The notes under the pieces: model-generated
Told to the model about the DNA's origin: nothing
Seen by the model: only the letters and a program-made list of their open reading frames with translations
The model's database searches: none
Origin: Pristiophorus japonicus
Taxonomy: Eukaryota
Assembly: GCF_044704955.1 (NCBI RefSeq)
Contig: NC_091977.1
Location: 124,062,001-124,126,000, forward strand
DNA: 64,000 bases
Direction: 5' to 3'
Position numbers and translations under genes: made by a program
Part shown: in pieces, positions 50,205 to 62,567 of the stretch
Layout of the letters: every line of letters starts with the position of its first letter
Position numbering within the stretch: the stretch's first letter is position 1

Positions 50205-53047
50205 ATGCCTCTCCACTATCGTCCAGCTGAGTGGAACTGCACTCACCCAGTTCCATTCTTACCTATCAAACCATAGCCAGAGAATCACCTGCAATGGCTT
50301 CTCTTCCTGCCCCTGCATTGTTATGTCTGGTGTCCCCTAAGGATCTATCCTTGGCCCTCTCTTATTTCTCATCTACATTTTGCCCCTTGGCGACATCGTC
50401 CGAAAACACAGCGTCAGTTTCCACATGTACGCTGATGACACCCAGCTCTACCTCAGTACCATTTCTCTCGACCCCTCCACGGTCTTAAATTGTCAGACTG
50501 CGTGTCTGACATCCAGCAGTGAATGAGCAGAAATTTTCTTCAATTGAATATTGGGAAGACCAAAGTCATTGTTTTCAGTCCCTCCCACAAATTCCACTCC
50601 CTAGACACTGACTCCATCTCTCTTTCCAACCTCTGTCTGAGGCTGAACCAGGCTGTTCGCAACCTTGGTGTCATATTTGACCCTGAAATGAGCTCTTGAC
50701 CACATATCCGCAGCATAACTGATAGCGCCTATTTCCACCTCCGTAACATTGCCCGTCTCCGCACTTGCCTCAGCTCATCCACTGTTGAAACCCTCATCCA
50801 TGCCTTTATTACCTCTAGATTTGACTATTGCAATGCACTCCTGGCTGGAGTCCCATATTCTACCCTATGTAAACTAGAGGTGATCCAAAACTCAACTGCC
50901 CGTGTCCTAACTCGCACCAAGTCCCACTCACCCATCACCCCTGCGCTCGCTGACCTACATTGGCTTCCGGTTAAGAAACGTCTTGATTTCAAAATTGTCA
51001 TCCTTATTTTCAAATCCCTCCATGGCTTTGCCCCTCCAGCCCCAAAACCCCCAGAGATGTCTGTGCTTCTCTAATTCTGCTCTCTTGAGCATCCCTGATT
51101 ATACCATTGGTGACTGTGCCTTCTGTTGCCTAGGTCCCAAGCTCTGGGCCCCTCTACCTGAACCTCTCTGACCCTCTACCTCTCTTTCCTCCTTCAAGAT
51201 GCTCCTTAAAACTTACCTCTTTGACCAAGCTTTTGGTCACCTGCACTAATTTCTACTTATGTGGCTCGGTGTAAAAAGGGGTCAGAGGGTCTAGTAAGGA
51301 GGAGGAACTGAGGTAAATCCTTATTAGTCGGGAAATTGTGTTGGGGAAATTGATGGGATTGAAGGCCGATAAATCCCCAGGGCCTGATGGACTGCATCCC
51401 AGAGTACTTAAGGAGGTGGTCTTGGAAATAGCGGATGCATTGACAGTCATTTTCCAACATTCCATTGACTCTGGATCAGTTCCTATCGAGTGGAGGGTAG
51501 CCAATGTAACCCCACTTTTTAAAAAAGGAGGGAGAGAGAAAACAGGGAATTATAGACCGGTCAGCCTGACCTCAGTAGTGGGTAAAATGATGGAATCAAT
51601 TATTAAGGATGTCATAGAAGCGCATTTGGAAAGAGGTGACATGATAGGTCCAAGTAAGCATGGATTTGTGAAAGGGAAATCATGCTTGACAAATCTTCTG
51701 GAATTTTTTGAGGATGTTTCCAGTAAAGTGGACAAGGGAGAACCAGTTGATGTGGTATATTTGGACTTTCAGAAGGCTTTCGACAAGGTCCCACACAAGA
51801 GATTAATGTGCAAAGTTAAAGCACATGGGATTGGGGATAGTGTGCTGACGTGGATTGAGAACTGGTTGTCAGACAGGAAGCAAAGATTAGGAGTAAATGG
51901 GTACTTTTCAGAATGGCAGGCAGTGACTAGTGGGGTACCGCAAGGTTCTGTGCTGGAGCCCCAGCTGTTTACATTGTACATTAATGATTTGGACAAGGGG
52001 ATTAAATGTAGTATCTCCAAATTTGCGCTTGACACTAAGTTGGGTGGCAGTGTGAGCTGCGAGGAGGATGCTATGAGGCTGCAGAGTGAATTGGATAGGT
52101 TAGGTGAGTGGGCAAATGCATGGCAGATGAAGTATAATGTGGATAAATGTGAGGCTATCCACTTTGGTGGTAAAAACAGAGAGACAGACTATTATCTGAA
52201 TGGTGACAGATTAGGAAAAGGGGTGGTGCAACGAGACCTGGGTGTCATGGTACATCAGTCATTGAAGGTTGGCATGCAGGTACAGCAGGAGGTTAAGAAA
52301 GCAAATGGCATGTTGGCCTTCATAGCAAGGGGATTTGAGTACAGGGGCAGGGAGGTGTTGCTACAGTTGTACAGGGCCTTGGTGAGGCCACACCTGGAGT
52401 ATTATGTACAGTTTTGGTCTCCTAACTTGAGGAAGGACATTCTTGCTATTGAGGGAGTGCAGCGAAGATTCACCAGACTGATTCCCGGGATGGTGGGACT
52501 GACCTATCAAGAAAGACTGGATCAACTGGGCTTGTATTCACTGGAGTTCAGAAGAATGAGAGGGGACCTCATAGAAACGTTTACAATTCTGACGGGTTTA
52601 GACAGGTTAGATGCAGGAAGAATTTTCCCAATGTTGGGGAAGTCCAGAACCAGGGGTCACAGTCGAAGGATAAGGGGTAAGCCATTTATAACCGAGATGA
52701 GGAGAAACTTCTTCGCCCAGAGAGTGGTGAACCTGTGGAATTCTCTACCACAGAAAGTAGTTGAGGCCAATTCACTAAATATATTCAAAAGGGAGTTAGA
52801 TGAAGTCCTTACTACTCGGGGGATCAAGGGGTATGGCGAGAAAGCAGGAATGGGGTATTGAAGTTGCATGTTCAGCCATGAACTCATTGAATGGTGGTGC
52901 AGGCTAGAAGGGCTGAATGGCCTACTCCTGCACCTATTTTCTATGTTTCTATGTTTCTATGTTTTATGTTATAATACTCTTGTGAAGCGCCTTGGGATGC
53001 TTCACTATGTTAAAGGCGCTATATAAATACAAGTTGCTGTTGTTGTT
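50205..53047 (+). mobile_element. L2 LINE split by CR1 (50205-51271, 52963-53047)
   Basis: [19 protein letters not shown] motifs; tail AAAGGCGCTATATAAATACAAG(TTG)n. Confidence 0.9.
51272..52962 (+). mobile_element. CR1 LINE, 5'-truncated, 507-aa open RT frame (FADD mutated to FALD)
   Basis: ORF 51338-52861; octamer tail. Confidence 0.95.
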
Positions 53048-54261
53048 CCATATACATAGGGGCCGAAATTCACTTTATAAAGCTACCCGTTAGCGCCAGT
53101 GCTAGGCGGCTAATGGGCAGCAAAGGCCTACCTTCGACAATAAGCGGCGTCGACGCCTCATCTTAAACTCAGTCGGCTCTTTGGCAGAGACGCCAAGAGG
53201 CAATGCTGTGCCGGCTAACGCCACCCGCATGGTGACGTCTTCCAGCGTACAATGCCTATTTGACGCCTCTGTCGCGACATTTGCTTTGTATGGCTGCCAA
53301 AATAGGAGGCAGCCGTACAGCCTGAAAAATGTGGTCGTAAAAGAACGGATCTCAGACGGAATCGCCCAGAAAAGAAGGTAAGTTTTTCTCTTTATTTATT
53401 TCTGCATATTTTCATTACTTTTAAGAGTGGGGAAGTGTGTGTGTGGAACAGAGATGTTTTAGTTCTTTTTTTTGCTTCCCATTTTTCTTCCAGCATATCG
53501 GCAGCCTCCCTTCGGGAAATTCAGTAGGCCTCCTGAGCTGCCGCCTGAGGATAAGAACATAAGAATTAGGAACAGGAGTAGGCCATCTAGCCCCTCGAGC
53601 CTGCTCCGCCATTCAACAAGATCATGGCTGATCTGGCCGTGGATTCAGCTCCACTTACCCGCCCGCTCCCCGTAACCCTTAATTTCCTTATTGGTTAAAA
53701 ATCTATCTATCTGTGATTTGAATACATTCAATAAGCTAGCCTCAACTGCTTCCTTGGGCAGAGAATTCCACAGATTCACAACCCTCTGGGAGAAGAAATT
53801 CCTTCTCAACTCGGTTTTAAATTGTCTCCCCCGTATTTTGAGGTTGTGCCCCCTAGTTCTAGTCTCCCCGACCAGTGGAAACAACCTCTCTGCCTCTATC
53901 TTGTCTATCCCTTTCATTATTTTAAATGTTTCTATAAGATCACCCCTCATCTTTCTGAACTCCAATGAGTAAAGACCCAGTCTACTCAATCTATCATCAT
54001 AAGGTAGCCCCCTCATCTCCGGAATCAGCCACGTGAATCGTCTCTGTAACCCCTCCAAAGCTAGTATATTCTTCCTTAAGTAAGGTGACCAAAACTGCAC
54101 ACAGTACTCCAGGTGCAGCCTCACCAATACCCTGTACAGTTGCAGAAGGACCTCCCTGCTTTTGTACTCCATCCCTCTCGCAATGAAGGCCAACATTCCA
54201 TTCGCCTTCCTGATTACCTGCTGCACCTGCAAACTAACTTTTTGGGATCCATGCACAAGGA

Positions 54262-55363
54262 GATGCCATCGAGTCGCTAAAAACAGCTCTAGGCCCTGAC
54301 TCCGTTAGGTGCATCGAGGAGGCTCAAGCACGTGGGGAGATCCCGTCCGAACTGACCCCCGTCCGGACGGAATTCCTCATTGGCGCCAAACCCCGGAACC
54401 TCCCTCGGGGGCCGGCGCCTCACAACTTGAGCCGCCTCGGGGAAATCCCCTCCGTGCCTTTCAGTTCCGCGCGGAGGGGTTTCCTGTACGGGCTGCTCCT
54501 GCACACCCTCAACTTTGCCATCGTCGCCGGCCGTCCGGACACGCTATGGCGTACCATCTTGCCGTCCGGAGGAGGCGGGGGTCCCCGATGGAGGGCACTC
54601 TACGCAGGGGTCCTCCCACTATTCATCGGGGACTTGGCCTGGAGGGTGGTGCACAGAGCAGTGCCGTGCAACAAATTTTTAAGCTGGTTCACGGACTCCC
54701 AGACCGCCTGCAATTTCTGCGGTCTGGAAGAGTCCGTGTTCCATGTTTTTATGGAATGCACAAGGTTGCAGCCCCTGTTTTATTATTTGAAGGGGCTGCT
54801 CCTGAAATTCTGGCTGCACTTCAGTCCCACTCTCCTGATCTTTGGGCACCCTGTGCGGAGGGGAGCGGGTAGGTCCGAAGGCCTCCTCGTAGGACTGCTC
54901 CTGGGCACGGCCAAGGGTGCCATCAGCCAGTCCAGGCAGCGGGCGGTCGAGGGGGTCGTTCAACCTGACTGCCTGCCTCTCTTCCGCTCTTACATCCGGT
55001 CCAGGGTGTCCTTGGAGATGGAGCACGCGGTGTCCACCGGTACGCTCGCGGCCTTCCGCGAGAGGTGGGCACCGGAGGGACTGGAGTGCATCATCACGCC
55101 CGGCAGCCAAATTTTAATTTGATTTTACGTTTTTAAGTTTAATTTGTTTTAATTGCCGGTGCTTTTAGTGTCCCCCTTCCCTTTTATAGGGGGCACTGGG
55201 AAAAATTGTGATTTTAGTGCCCAAAAAAAAACCCAAAAAAAGAAAAACACAAAAAAAAAAAAAAGGGGGAAAAAAAAGGGCCTTGTAAATGTCTGGAGTG
55301 TCACCCAGGTCGGGTGGCACCGTTTAATGTTTTATGTTTTTGCAGGTGAACTCCAAAAAGAGT
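54262..55363 (+). mobile_element. Tx1/L1-clade LINE 3' fragment, copy 1
   Basis: zf-RVT: DLAWRVVHRAV..CNFCGLEESVFHVFMEC; stop 55122; A-rich 3' UTR; 14-bp TSD. Confidence 0.88.
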
Positions 55364-55377
55364 TTCATGCACAAGGA

Positions 55378-56477
55378 GATGCCATCGAGTCGCTAAAAAC
55401 AGCTCTGGGCCCTGACTCCGTTAGGTGCATCGAGGAGGCTCAAGCACGTGGGGAGATCCCGTCCGAACTGACCCCCGTCCGGACGAAATTCCTCATTGGC
55501 GCCAAACCCCGGAACCTCCCTCGGGGGCCGGCGCCTCACAACTTGAGCCGCCTCGGGGAAATCCCCTCCGTGCCCTTCAGTTCCGCGCGGAGGGGTTTCC
55601 TGTACGGGCTGCTCCTGCACACTCTCAACTTTGCCATCCTCGCCTGCCATCCGGACACGCCATGGCATACCATCCTGCCGTCCGGAGGAGGCGGGGGTCC
55701 CCGATGGAGGGCACTCTATGCAGGGGTCCTCCCACTATTCATCGGGGACTTGGCCTGGAGGGTGGTGCACGGAGCAGTGCCGTGCAATAAATTTTTAAGC
55801 CGGTTCACGGACTCCCAGGCCGCCTGCAATTTCTGCGGTCTGGAGGAGTCCGTGTTCCATGTTTTTATTGAGTGCGCGAGGTTGCAGCTCCTGTTCCATT
55901 ATTTGAAGGGGCTGCTCCTGAAATTCTGGCTGCACTTCAGTCCCACTCTCCTGATCTTTGGGCACCCTGTGCGGAGGGGAGCGGGTAGGTCCGAGGGCCT
56001 CCTCGTAGGACTGCTCCTGGGCACGGCCAAGGGTGCCATCAGCCGGTCCAGGCAGCGGGCGGTCGAGGGGGTCGTTCAACCTGACTGCCTGCCTCTCTTC
56101 CGCTCTTACATCCGGTCCAGGGTGTCCTTGGAGATGGAGCACATGGTGTCCACCGGTACGCTCGCGGCCTTCCGCGAGAGATGGGCACCGGAGGGACTGG
56201 AGTGCATCATCACGCCCGGCAACCAAATTTTAATTTGATTTTACGTTTTTAAGTTTAATTTGTTTTAATTGCCAGTGCTTTTAGTGTCCCCTTCCCTTTT
56301 ATAGGGGGCACTGGGGAAAAATTGTGATTTTAGTGCCCAAAAAAAAACCAAAAAAAAAGAAAAACACAAAAAAAAACAAAAAAAAGGAAAAAAAGTGCCT
56401 TGTAAATGTCTGGTGTGTCACCCAGGTCGGGTGGCATGGTTTAATGTTTATGTTTTGCAGGTAGACTCTAAAAGAGT
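55378..56477 (+). mobile_element. Tx1/L1-clade LINE 3' fragment, copy 2
   Basis: Direct repeat of copy 1 with same 5' start; stop 56238. Confidence 0.88.
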
Positions 56478-58714
56478 TTCATGCACAAGGACCCCCAGGT
56501 CCCTATGCACCGCAGCATGTTGTAATTTCTCCCCATTCAAATAATATTCCCTTATACTGTTTTTTTTCCAAAGGTGGATGACCTCACACTTTCCAACATT
56601 GTATTCCATCTGCCAAACCTTAGCCCATTCACTTAACCTCCAAATCTCTTTGCAGCCTCTCTGTGTCCTCGACACAACCCGCTTTCCCACTAATCTTAGT
56701 GTCATCTGCAAATTTTGTTACACTACACTCTGTCCCCTCTTCCAGGTCATCGATGTATATTGTAAACAGTTGTGGTCCCAGCACCGATCCCTGTGGCACA
56801 CCACTAACCACTGATTTCCAACCCGAAAAGGATCCATTTATCCTGACTCTCTGCTTTCTGTTCGCCAGCCAATTCTCTATCCATGCTAATACATTTCCTC
56901 TGACTCGTGTACCCTTATCTTCTGCAGTAACCTTTTGTGTGGCACCTTATCGAATGCCTTTTGAAAATCTAAATACACCACATCCATCGGTACACCTCTA
57001 TCCACCATGCTCGTTATATCCTCAAAGAATTCCAGTAAATTAGTTAAACATGATTTCCTCTTCATGAATCCATGCTGCGTCTGCTTGATTGCACTATTCC
57101 TATCTAGATGTCCCGCTATTTCTTCCTTAGTGATAGCTTCAAACATTTTCCCCACTACAGATGTTAAACTAACTGGCCTATAGTTACCTGGCTTTTGTCT
57201 GCCCCCTTTTTTAAACAGAGGCGTTACATTAGCTGCTTTCCAATCCGCTGGTACCTCCCCAGAGTCCAGAGACTTTTGGTAGATTATAACGAATGTATCT
57301 GCTATAACTTCCGCCATCTCTTTTAATACCCTGGGATGCATTTCATCAGGACCAGGGGACTTGTCTACCTTGAGTCCCATTAGCCTGTCCAGCACTACCC
57401 CCCTAGTGATACTGATTGTCTCAAGGTCCTCCCTTCCCACATTCCTGTGACCAGCAATTTTTGGCATGGTTTTTGTGTCTTTCACTGTGAAGACCGAAGC
57501 AAAATAATTGTTTAAGGTCTCAGCCATTTCCACATTTCCCATTATTAAATCCCCCTTCTCATCTTCTAAGAGACCAACATTTACTTTAGTCACTCTTTTC
57601 CATTTTATTTATTTTATTTTACTATGCATTTTTATGTTTTGCGCAAGTTTACCTTCGTAATCTATCTTTCCTTTCTTTATTGCTTTCTTAGTCATTCTTT
57701 GCTGTCGTTTAAAATTTTCCCAATCTTCTATTTTCCCACTAACCTTGGCCACCTTCTTCGCATTGGTTTTTAATTTGATACTCTCCTTTATTTCCTTGGT
57801 TATCCACGGCTGGTTATCCCTTCTCTTACCGCCCTTCTTTTTCACTGGAATATATTTTTGTTAAGCACTATGAAAGAGCTCCTTAAAAGTCCTCCACTGT
57901 TCCTCAATTGTGCCACCGTTTAGTCTGTGTTTCCAGTCTACTTTAGCCAACTCTGCCCTCATCCCCCTGTAGTCCCCTTTGTTTAAGCATAGTACGCTCG
58001 TTTGAGACACTACTTCCTCATCCTCAATCTGTATTACAAATTCAACCATACTGTGATCACTCATTCCGAGAGGATCTTTTGCTAGGAGATCGTTTATTAT
58101 TCCTGTCTCATTACACAGGACCAGATCTAAGATAGCTTGCTCCCTTGTAGGTTCTGTAACATACTGTTCTAAGAAACAATCCCATATGTATTCTATGAAT
58201 TCCTCCTCCTGGCTACCCCGGATGAGTGTGCAACATAACTTTTTAGCGCTGCTCTCTCATCTTTGGGCGTAAAAACTGAATTGAGGACTTTGAGGCCACG
58301 CCTAACATCCGTCACTAAAATCAGCACTCAGGCGGTGACAGTGCCTCCAAAACGGACATAACTCATTTTGACCCCATAGTATTCATACTTTAGGCAGCCT
58401 CCTGCCATTCCCTGTGAGCTACTCTACTTGCGGACCATATGCGACTCACTGCCAAAGAAAAATACTTCCCCTGCCTCATTTTTGCCAGAAGACTCTCTAC
58501 TGCCCCATCAGAGCAGTGGGCTGTTTTATGGCTTCCCCAACTCTTTCCAATCTCTTTGGCACAAAAGCTTGCTTATGTCTTCAGTTTTGAGTTGTTGACT
58601 GTCTGCGTCTGTACACTACTGCAGGCCTTGAAACACTGTAGCAGCTCACGAATTCCAACTCACACCCAATGGATGTGCTCACAATCAGAAGCAGTTCCCA
58701 TACCTGGGCATGTG

Positions 58715-59700
58715 ATGTTCCACAGGGATCAGTGTTTTGACTACCGTTGTTCACCATTTACATAAATGATTTGGACTCGGGAATCAGAAGTTCAATTTCA
58801 AAATTTGAAGATGATACCAAGTTAGGGGGAATAGATCATACTGAGGAAGCCTGCAACTAAATACAAGAGGTTAACAAACCTGCAGAATGGGTGTATAAAT
58901 GACAAATTAATTTCAATACAGCTAAGTGTAATGAATAAGGAGGCTACCTATTCCTTGTAAAATGAGAGTCGAAAAGGGATAGATGCACAAAGGGATCTAG
59001 GTGTACAGCTTCACATATCATTAAAAGTAGCAATACAGGTTAACAAAGCCATAAAAACTGTGAACAAGACACGTGTTCATTGCAAGGAGAATAGAATTCA
59101 AAGGCAGAGAAGTTATGTTAAATTTATATAGAACTTTAGTGAGGCCACACCTGAAGTACTGTGCACAGTTCTGGTCTCTCTATTACAAAAATGATTTAGA
59201 AGCTTTGGAGAAAGACCAAATAAGATTTACAAGGATGATACCAGGACTAAGAAGGTACAACTATCAGGAAGCATTGAACTGCATGGGGCTCTTTTCTCAA
59301 GAAAAGAGAAGACTGAGAGGCGATCTGATAGAGGTCTTTAAAATTATGAAGGGGTTCGATAAGATAGAAGTAGAGCAAGATGTTTCCACTTGTGGGGAGT
59401 CCAAAACTAGGAGCCATAAATACAAGATAGTGATTAATAAATCCTATAAAGAAATCAGGAGAAAATTCTTTACTCAGAGAGTGGTGCAACTGTGGAACTC
59501 GCTGCCACGAGGACTGGTTGAGGTGTGTAGCATAGATGCATTTAAGGTGAAGTGAGATAACTACATGAGGGAGAAAGGAATAGAAGAATATGTTGATAGG
59601 ATGAGATGAAGTAAGGTGGGAGGAGGCTTGTGTGGAGCATAAACACCGGCATCGACCAATTGGGCTGAATGGCCTGTTTGTAAATGTGCTGAAAAATTCA
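58715..59700 (+). mobile_element. CR1 3' fragment, older
   Basis: LVRPHLKYCAQFW, FFTQRVVQLWN. Confidence 0.88.
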
Positions 59701-59892
59701 ATGTATTATCTGAAGATCACCCATCATATTATAATTAAGCTGACTCTAGAAATTCATTCAAATTTAGTGCACTACAGATCAGGCAGACACGATTCATACA
59801 CCACCCATCTTCTAAGCAGACTTTTGTCCCACTAGAAAATCAAGGCCATAATGTATTCAGAGTGTAGCTGTTTCCACTCCTATGTCTGATCA

Positions 59893-61962
59893 GAAACATA
59901 GAAACATAGAAACATAGAAAATAGGTGCAGGAGTAGGCCATTCGGTCCTTCGAGCCTGTACCAGCATTCAATGAGTTCCTGGCTGAACATGCAACTTCAG
60001 CACCCCATTCCTGCTTTCTCGCCATACCCCTTGATCCCCCTAGTAGTAAGGACGACATCTAACTCCTTTTTGAATATATTTAGTGAATTGGCCTCAACAA
60101 CTTTCTGTGGTAGAGAATTCCACAGATTCACCACTCTCTGGGTGAAGAAGTTACTCCTCATCTCGGTCCTAAATGGCTTACCCCTTATCCTTAGGCTGTG
60201 ACCCCTGGTTCTGGACTTCCCCAACATTGGGAACATTCTTCCTGTCTGAACCCGTCAGAATTTTAAACTTTTCTGCAAGATCCCCTCTCATTCTTCTGAA
60301 CTCCAGTGAATACAAGCCCAGCTGATCCAATCTTTCTTGATATGTCAGTCCCGCCATCCCGGGAATCAGTCTGGTGAACCTTCGCTGCACTCCCTCAATA
60401 GCAAGAATGTCCTTCCTCAAGTTAGGAGACCAAAACTGTACACAATACTCCAGGTGTGGCCTCACCAAGGCCCTGTACAACTGTAGTAACACCTCCCTGC
60501 CCCTGTACTCAAATCCCCTTGCTATGAAGGCCAACATGCCATTTGCTTTCTTAACCGCCTGCTGTACCTGCATGCCAACCTTCAATGACTGATGTACCAT
60601 GACACCCAGGTCTCGTTGCACCTCCCCCTTTCCTAATCTGTCACCATTCAGATAATAGTCTGTCTCTCTGTTTTTACCACCAAAGTGGATAACCCCACAT
60701 TTATCCACATTATACTTCATCTGCCATGCATTTGCCCACTCACCTAGCCTATCCAAGTCACTCTGTAGCCTCATAGCATCCTCCTCGCAGCTCACACTGC
60801 CACCCAACTTAGTGTCATCTGCAAATTTGGAGATACTACATTTAATCCCTCATCTAGATCATTAATGTACAATGTAAACAGCTGAAGCTCCAGCAGAGAA
60901 CCTTGCAGTACCCCACTAGTCACTGCCTGCCATTCTGAAAAGTACCCATTTACTCCTACTCTTTGCTTCCTGTCTGCCAACCAGTTCTCAATCCACATCC
61001 ACACACTACCCCCAATCCCATGTGCTTTAACTTTGCACATTAATCTCTTGTGTGGGACCTTGTTGAAAACGTTCTGAAAGTCCAAATACACCACATCTAC
61101 TGGTTCTCCCTTATCCACTCTACTGGAAACATCCTCAAAAAATTCCAGAAGATTTGTCAAGCATGATTTCCGTTTCACAAATCCATGCTGACTTGAACCT
61201 ATCATGTCACCTCTTTCCAAATGCGCTGCTATGACTTCCTTAATAATTGATTCCATCATTTTACCCACTACTGATATCAGGCTGACCGGTCTATAATTCC
61301 CTGTTTTCTCTCTCCCTCCTTTTTTAAAAAGTGGGTTTACATTCCCTCCACTCCATAGGAACTGATCCAGAGTCTACGGAATGTTGGAAAATGACTGTCA
61401 ATACATCTGCTATTTCCAAGGCCACCTCCTTAATTACTCTGGGATGCAGAATATCAGGCCCTGGGGATTTATCGGCCTTCAATCCCATCAATTTCCCCAA
61501 CACAATTTCCAGACTAAAAAGGATTTCCCTCAGTTCCTCCTTCTTACTAGACCCTCTGACCCCTTTTATATCCCAAAGGTTGTTTGTGTCCTCCTTAGTG
61601 AATACCAAACCAAAGTACTTGTTCAATTGGTCTGCCATTTCTTTGTTCCTAGTTATGACTTCCCCTGATTCTGACTGCAGGGGACCTACGTTTGTCTTTA
61701 CTAACTTTTTTCTCTTTACATATCTATAGAAGCTTTTGCAGTCTATTTTAATGTTCCCTGCAAGCTTCCTCTCGTACTCTATTTTCCCTGCCCTAATCAA
61801 ACCCTTTGTCTTCCTCTGCTGAGTTCTAAATTTCTCCCAGTCCCTGGGTTCGCTGCTATTTCTGGCCAATTTGTATGCCACTTCCTTGGCTTTAATACTA
61901 TCCCTGATTTCCCTTGATAGCCATGGTTGAGCCACCTTCCCTTTTTTATTTTTCGTCCAAAA
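59893..61962 (-). mobile_element. CR1 LINE, 5'-truncated, frameshifted
   Basis: ORFs 59997-61971; (TTTCTATG)n tail. Confidence 0.95.
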
Positions 61963-61999
61963 ACACTCCACAGGTCAGGCAACATCTGCAGAGAAACAG

Positions 62000-62036
62000 A
62001 ATTAACGTTTCAAGTCGATGACCCCTCATCAGAACT
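62000..62036 (-). ncRNA. Minimal type I hammerhead ribozyme motif
   Basis: AGUU CUGAUGA G GGGUC-AUC-GACUU GAAA CG UU AAUU. Confidence 0.65.
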
Positions 62037-62170
62037 GGAAGATGTTAGAAATTAACAGCTATAAAATTTATGCAAGTGCAAAGCCAGAGAAGGGGGAGGG
62101 CATAGGAAAATAATAAAAGGGAACAGTCTGTGACAGGATGAAAGGCAGAAGCGATTAAATAACATTTTTC

Positions 62171-62207
62171 AGTTCTGATGAAAGGTCATGGACATGAAAC
62201 GTTAACT
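62171..62207 (+). ncRNA. Minimal type I hammerhead ribozyme motif
   Basis: AGUU CUGAUGA A AGGUC-AUG-GACAU GAAA CG UU AACU (one stem II mismatch). Confidence 0.6.
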
Positions 62208-62567
62208 CTGCCTCTCTTGCCACAGATGCTGCCTGACCAGCTTCGTCTTGCCAGCATTTTCTGTTTTTATTGCTACGTTGACTGATAATCTTGGACAGCA
62301 TTACTTTGGAGGAAAAGTCATAACTTTCTATTTGTACCTTTTCAAATTTAGAGCATAATTTTCCATCTATACTATGCTTTTTCTTTGATGCTCAATGGCA
62401 TCATCGATCAATTAATCTACATTTATTTTTCCGGTACCAAAGGTATACGGAGGCTACATCAAGGACAACTCTGAAATTAATCTATTATGATAAGCCTCAT
62501 AACACAAGTAGAAATAAGTATCACTTCATGCAGATTTTAAAGAAGACATTTATTTATAACACCTGTT

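Larger units (their letters stand above)
53552..58220 (-). mobile_element. CR1 LINE interrupted by Tx1 doublet
   Basis: ORFs 53645-54256 and 56886-57593 collinear; (TTCTTATG) tail. Confidence 0.93.
53059..58375. mobile_element. Harbinger-type MITE hosting CR1 and Tx1
   Basis: GGGGCCGAAAT / ATTTTGACCCC termini with perfect 3-bp TSD ATA (53056-58, 58376-78). Confidence 0.75.
61963..62272. mobile_element. Penelope-like inverted-repeat unit
   Basis: Arms about 61970-62036 and 62171-62240 are reverse complements, each with a hammerhead core. Confidence 0.65.

Noticed and set aside
55153-55377. Lys-rich N-terminus of the 361-aa ORF
   Set aside because: Translation of the A-rich 3' UTR of the upstream Tx1 unit from a TTG start
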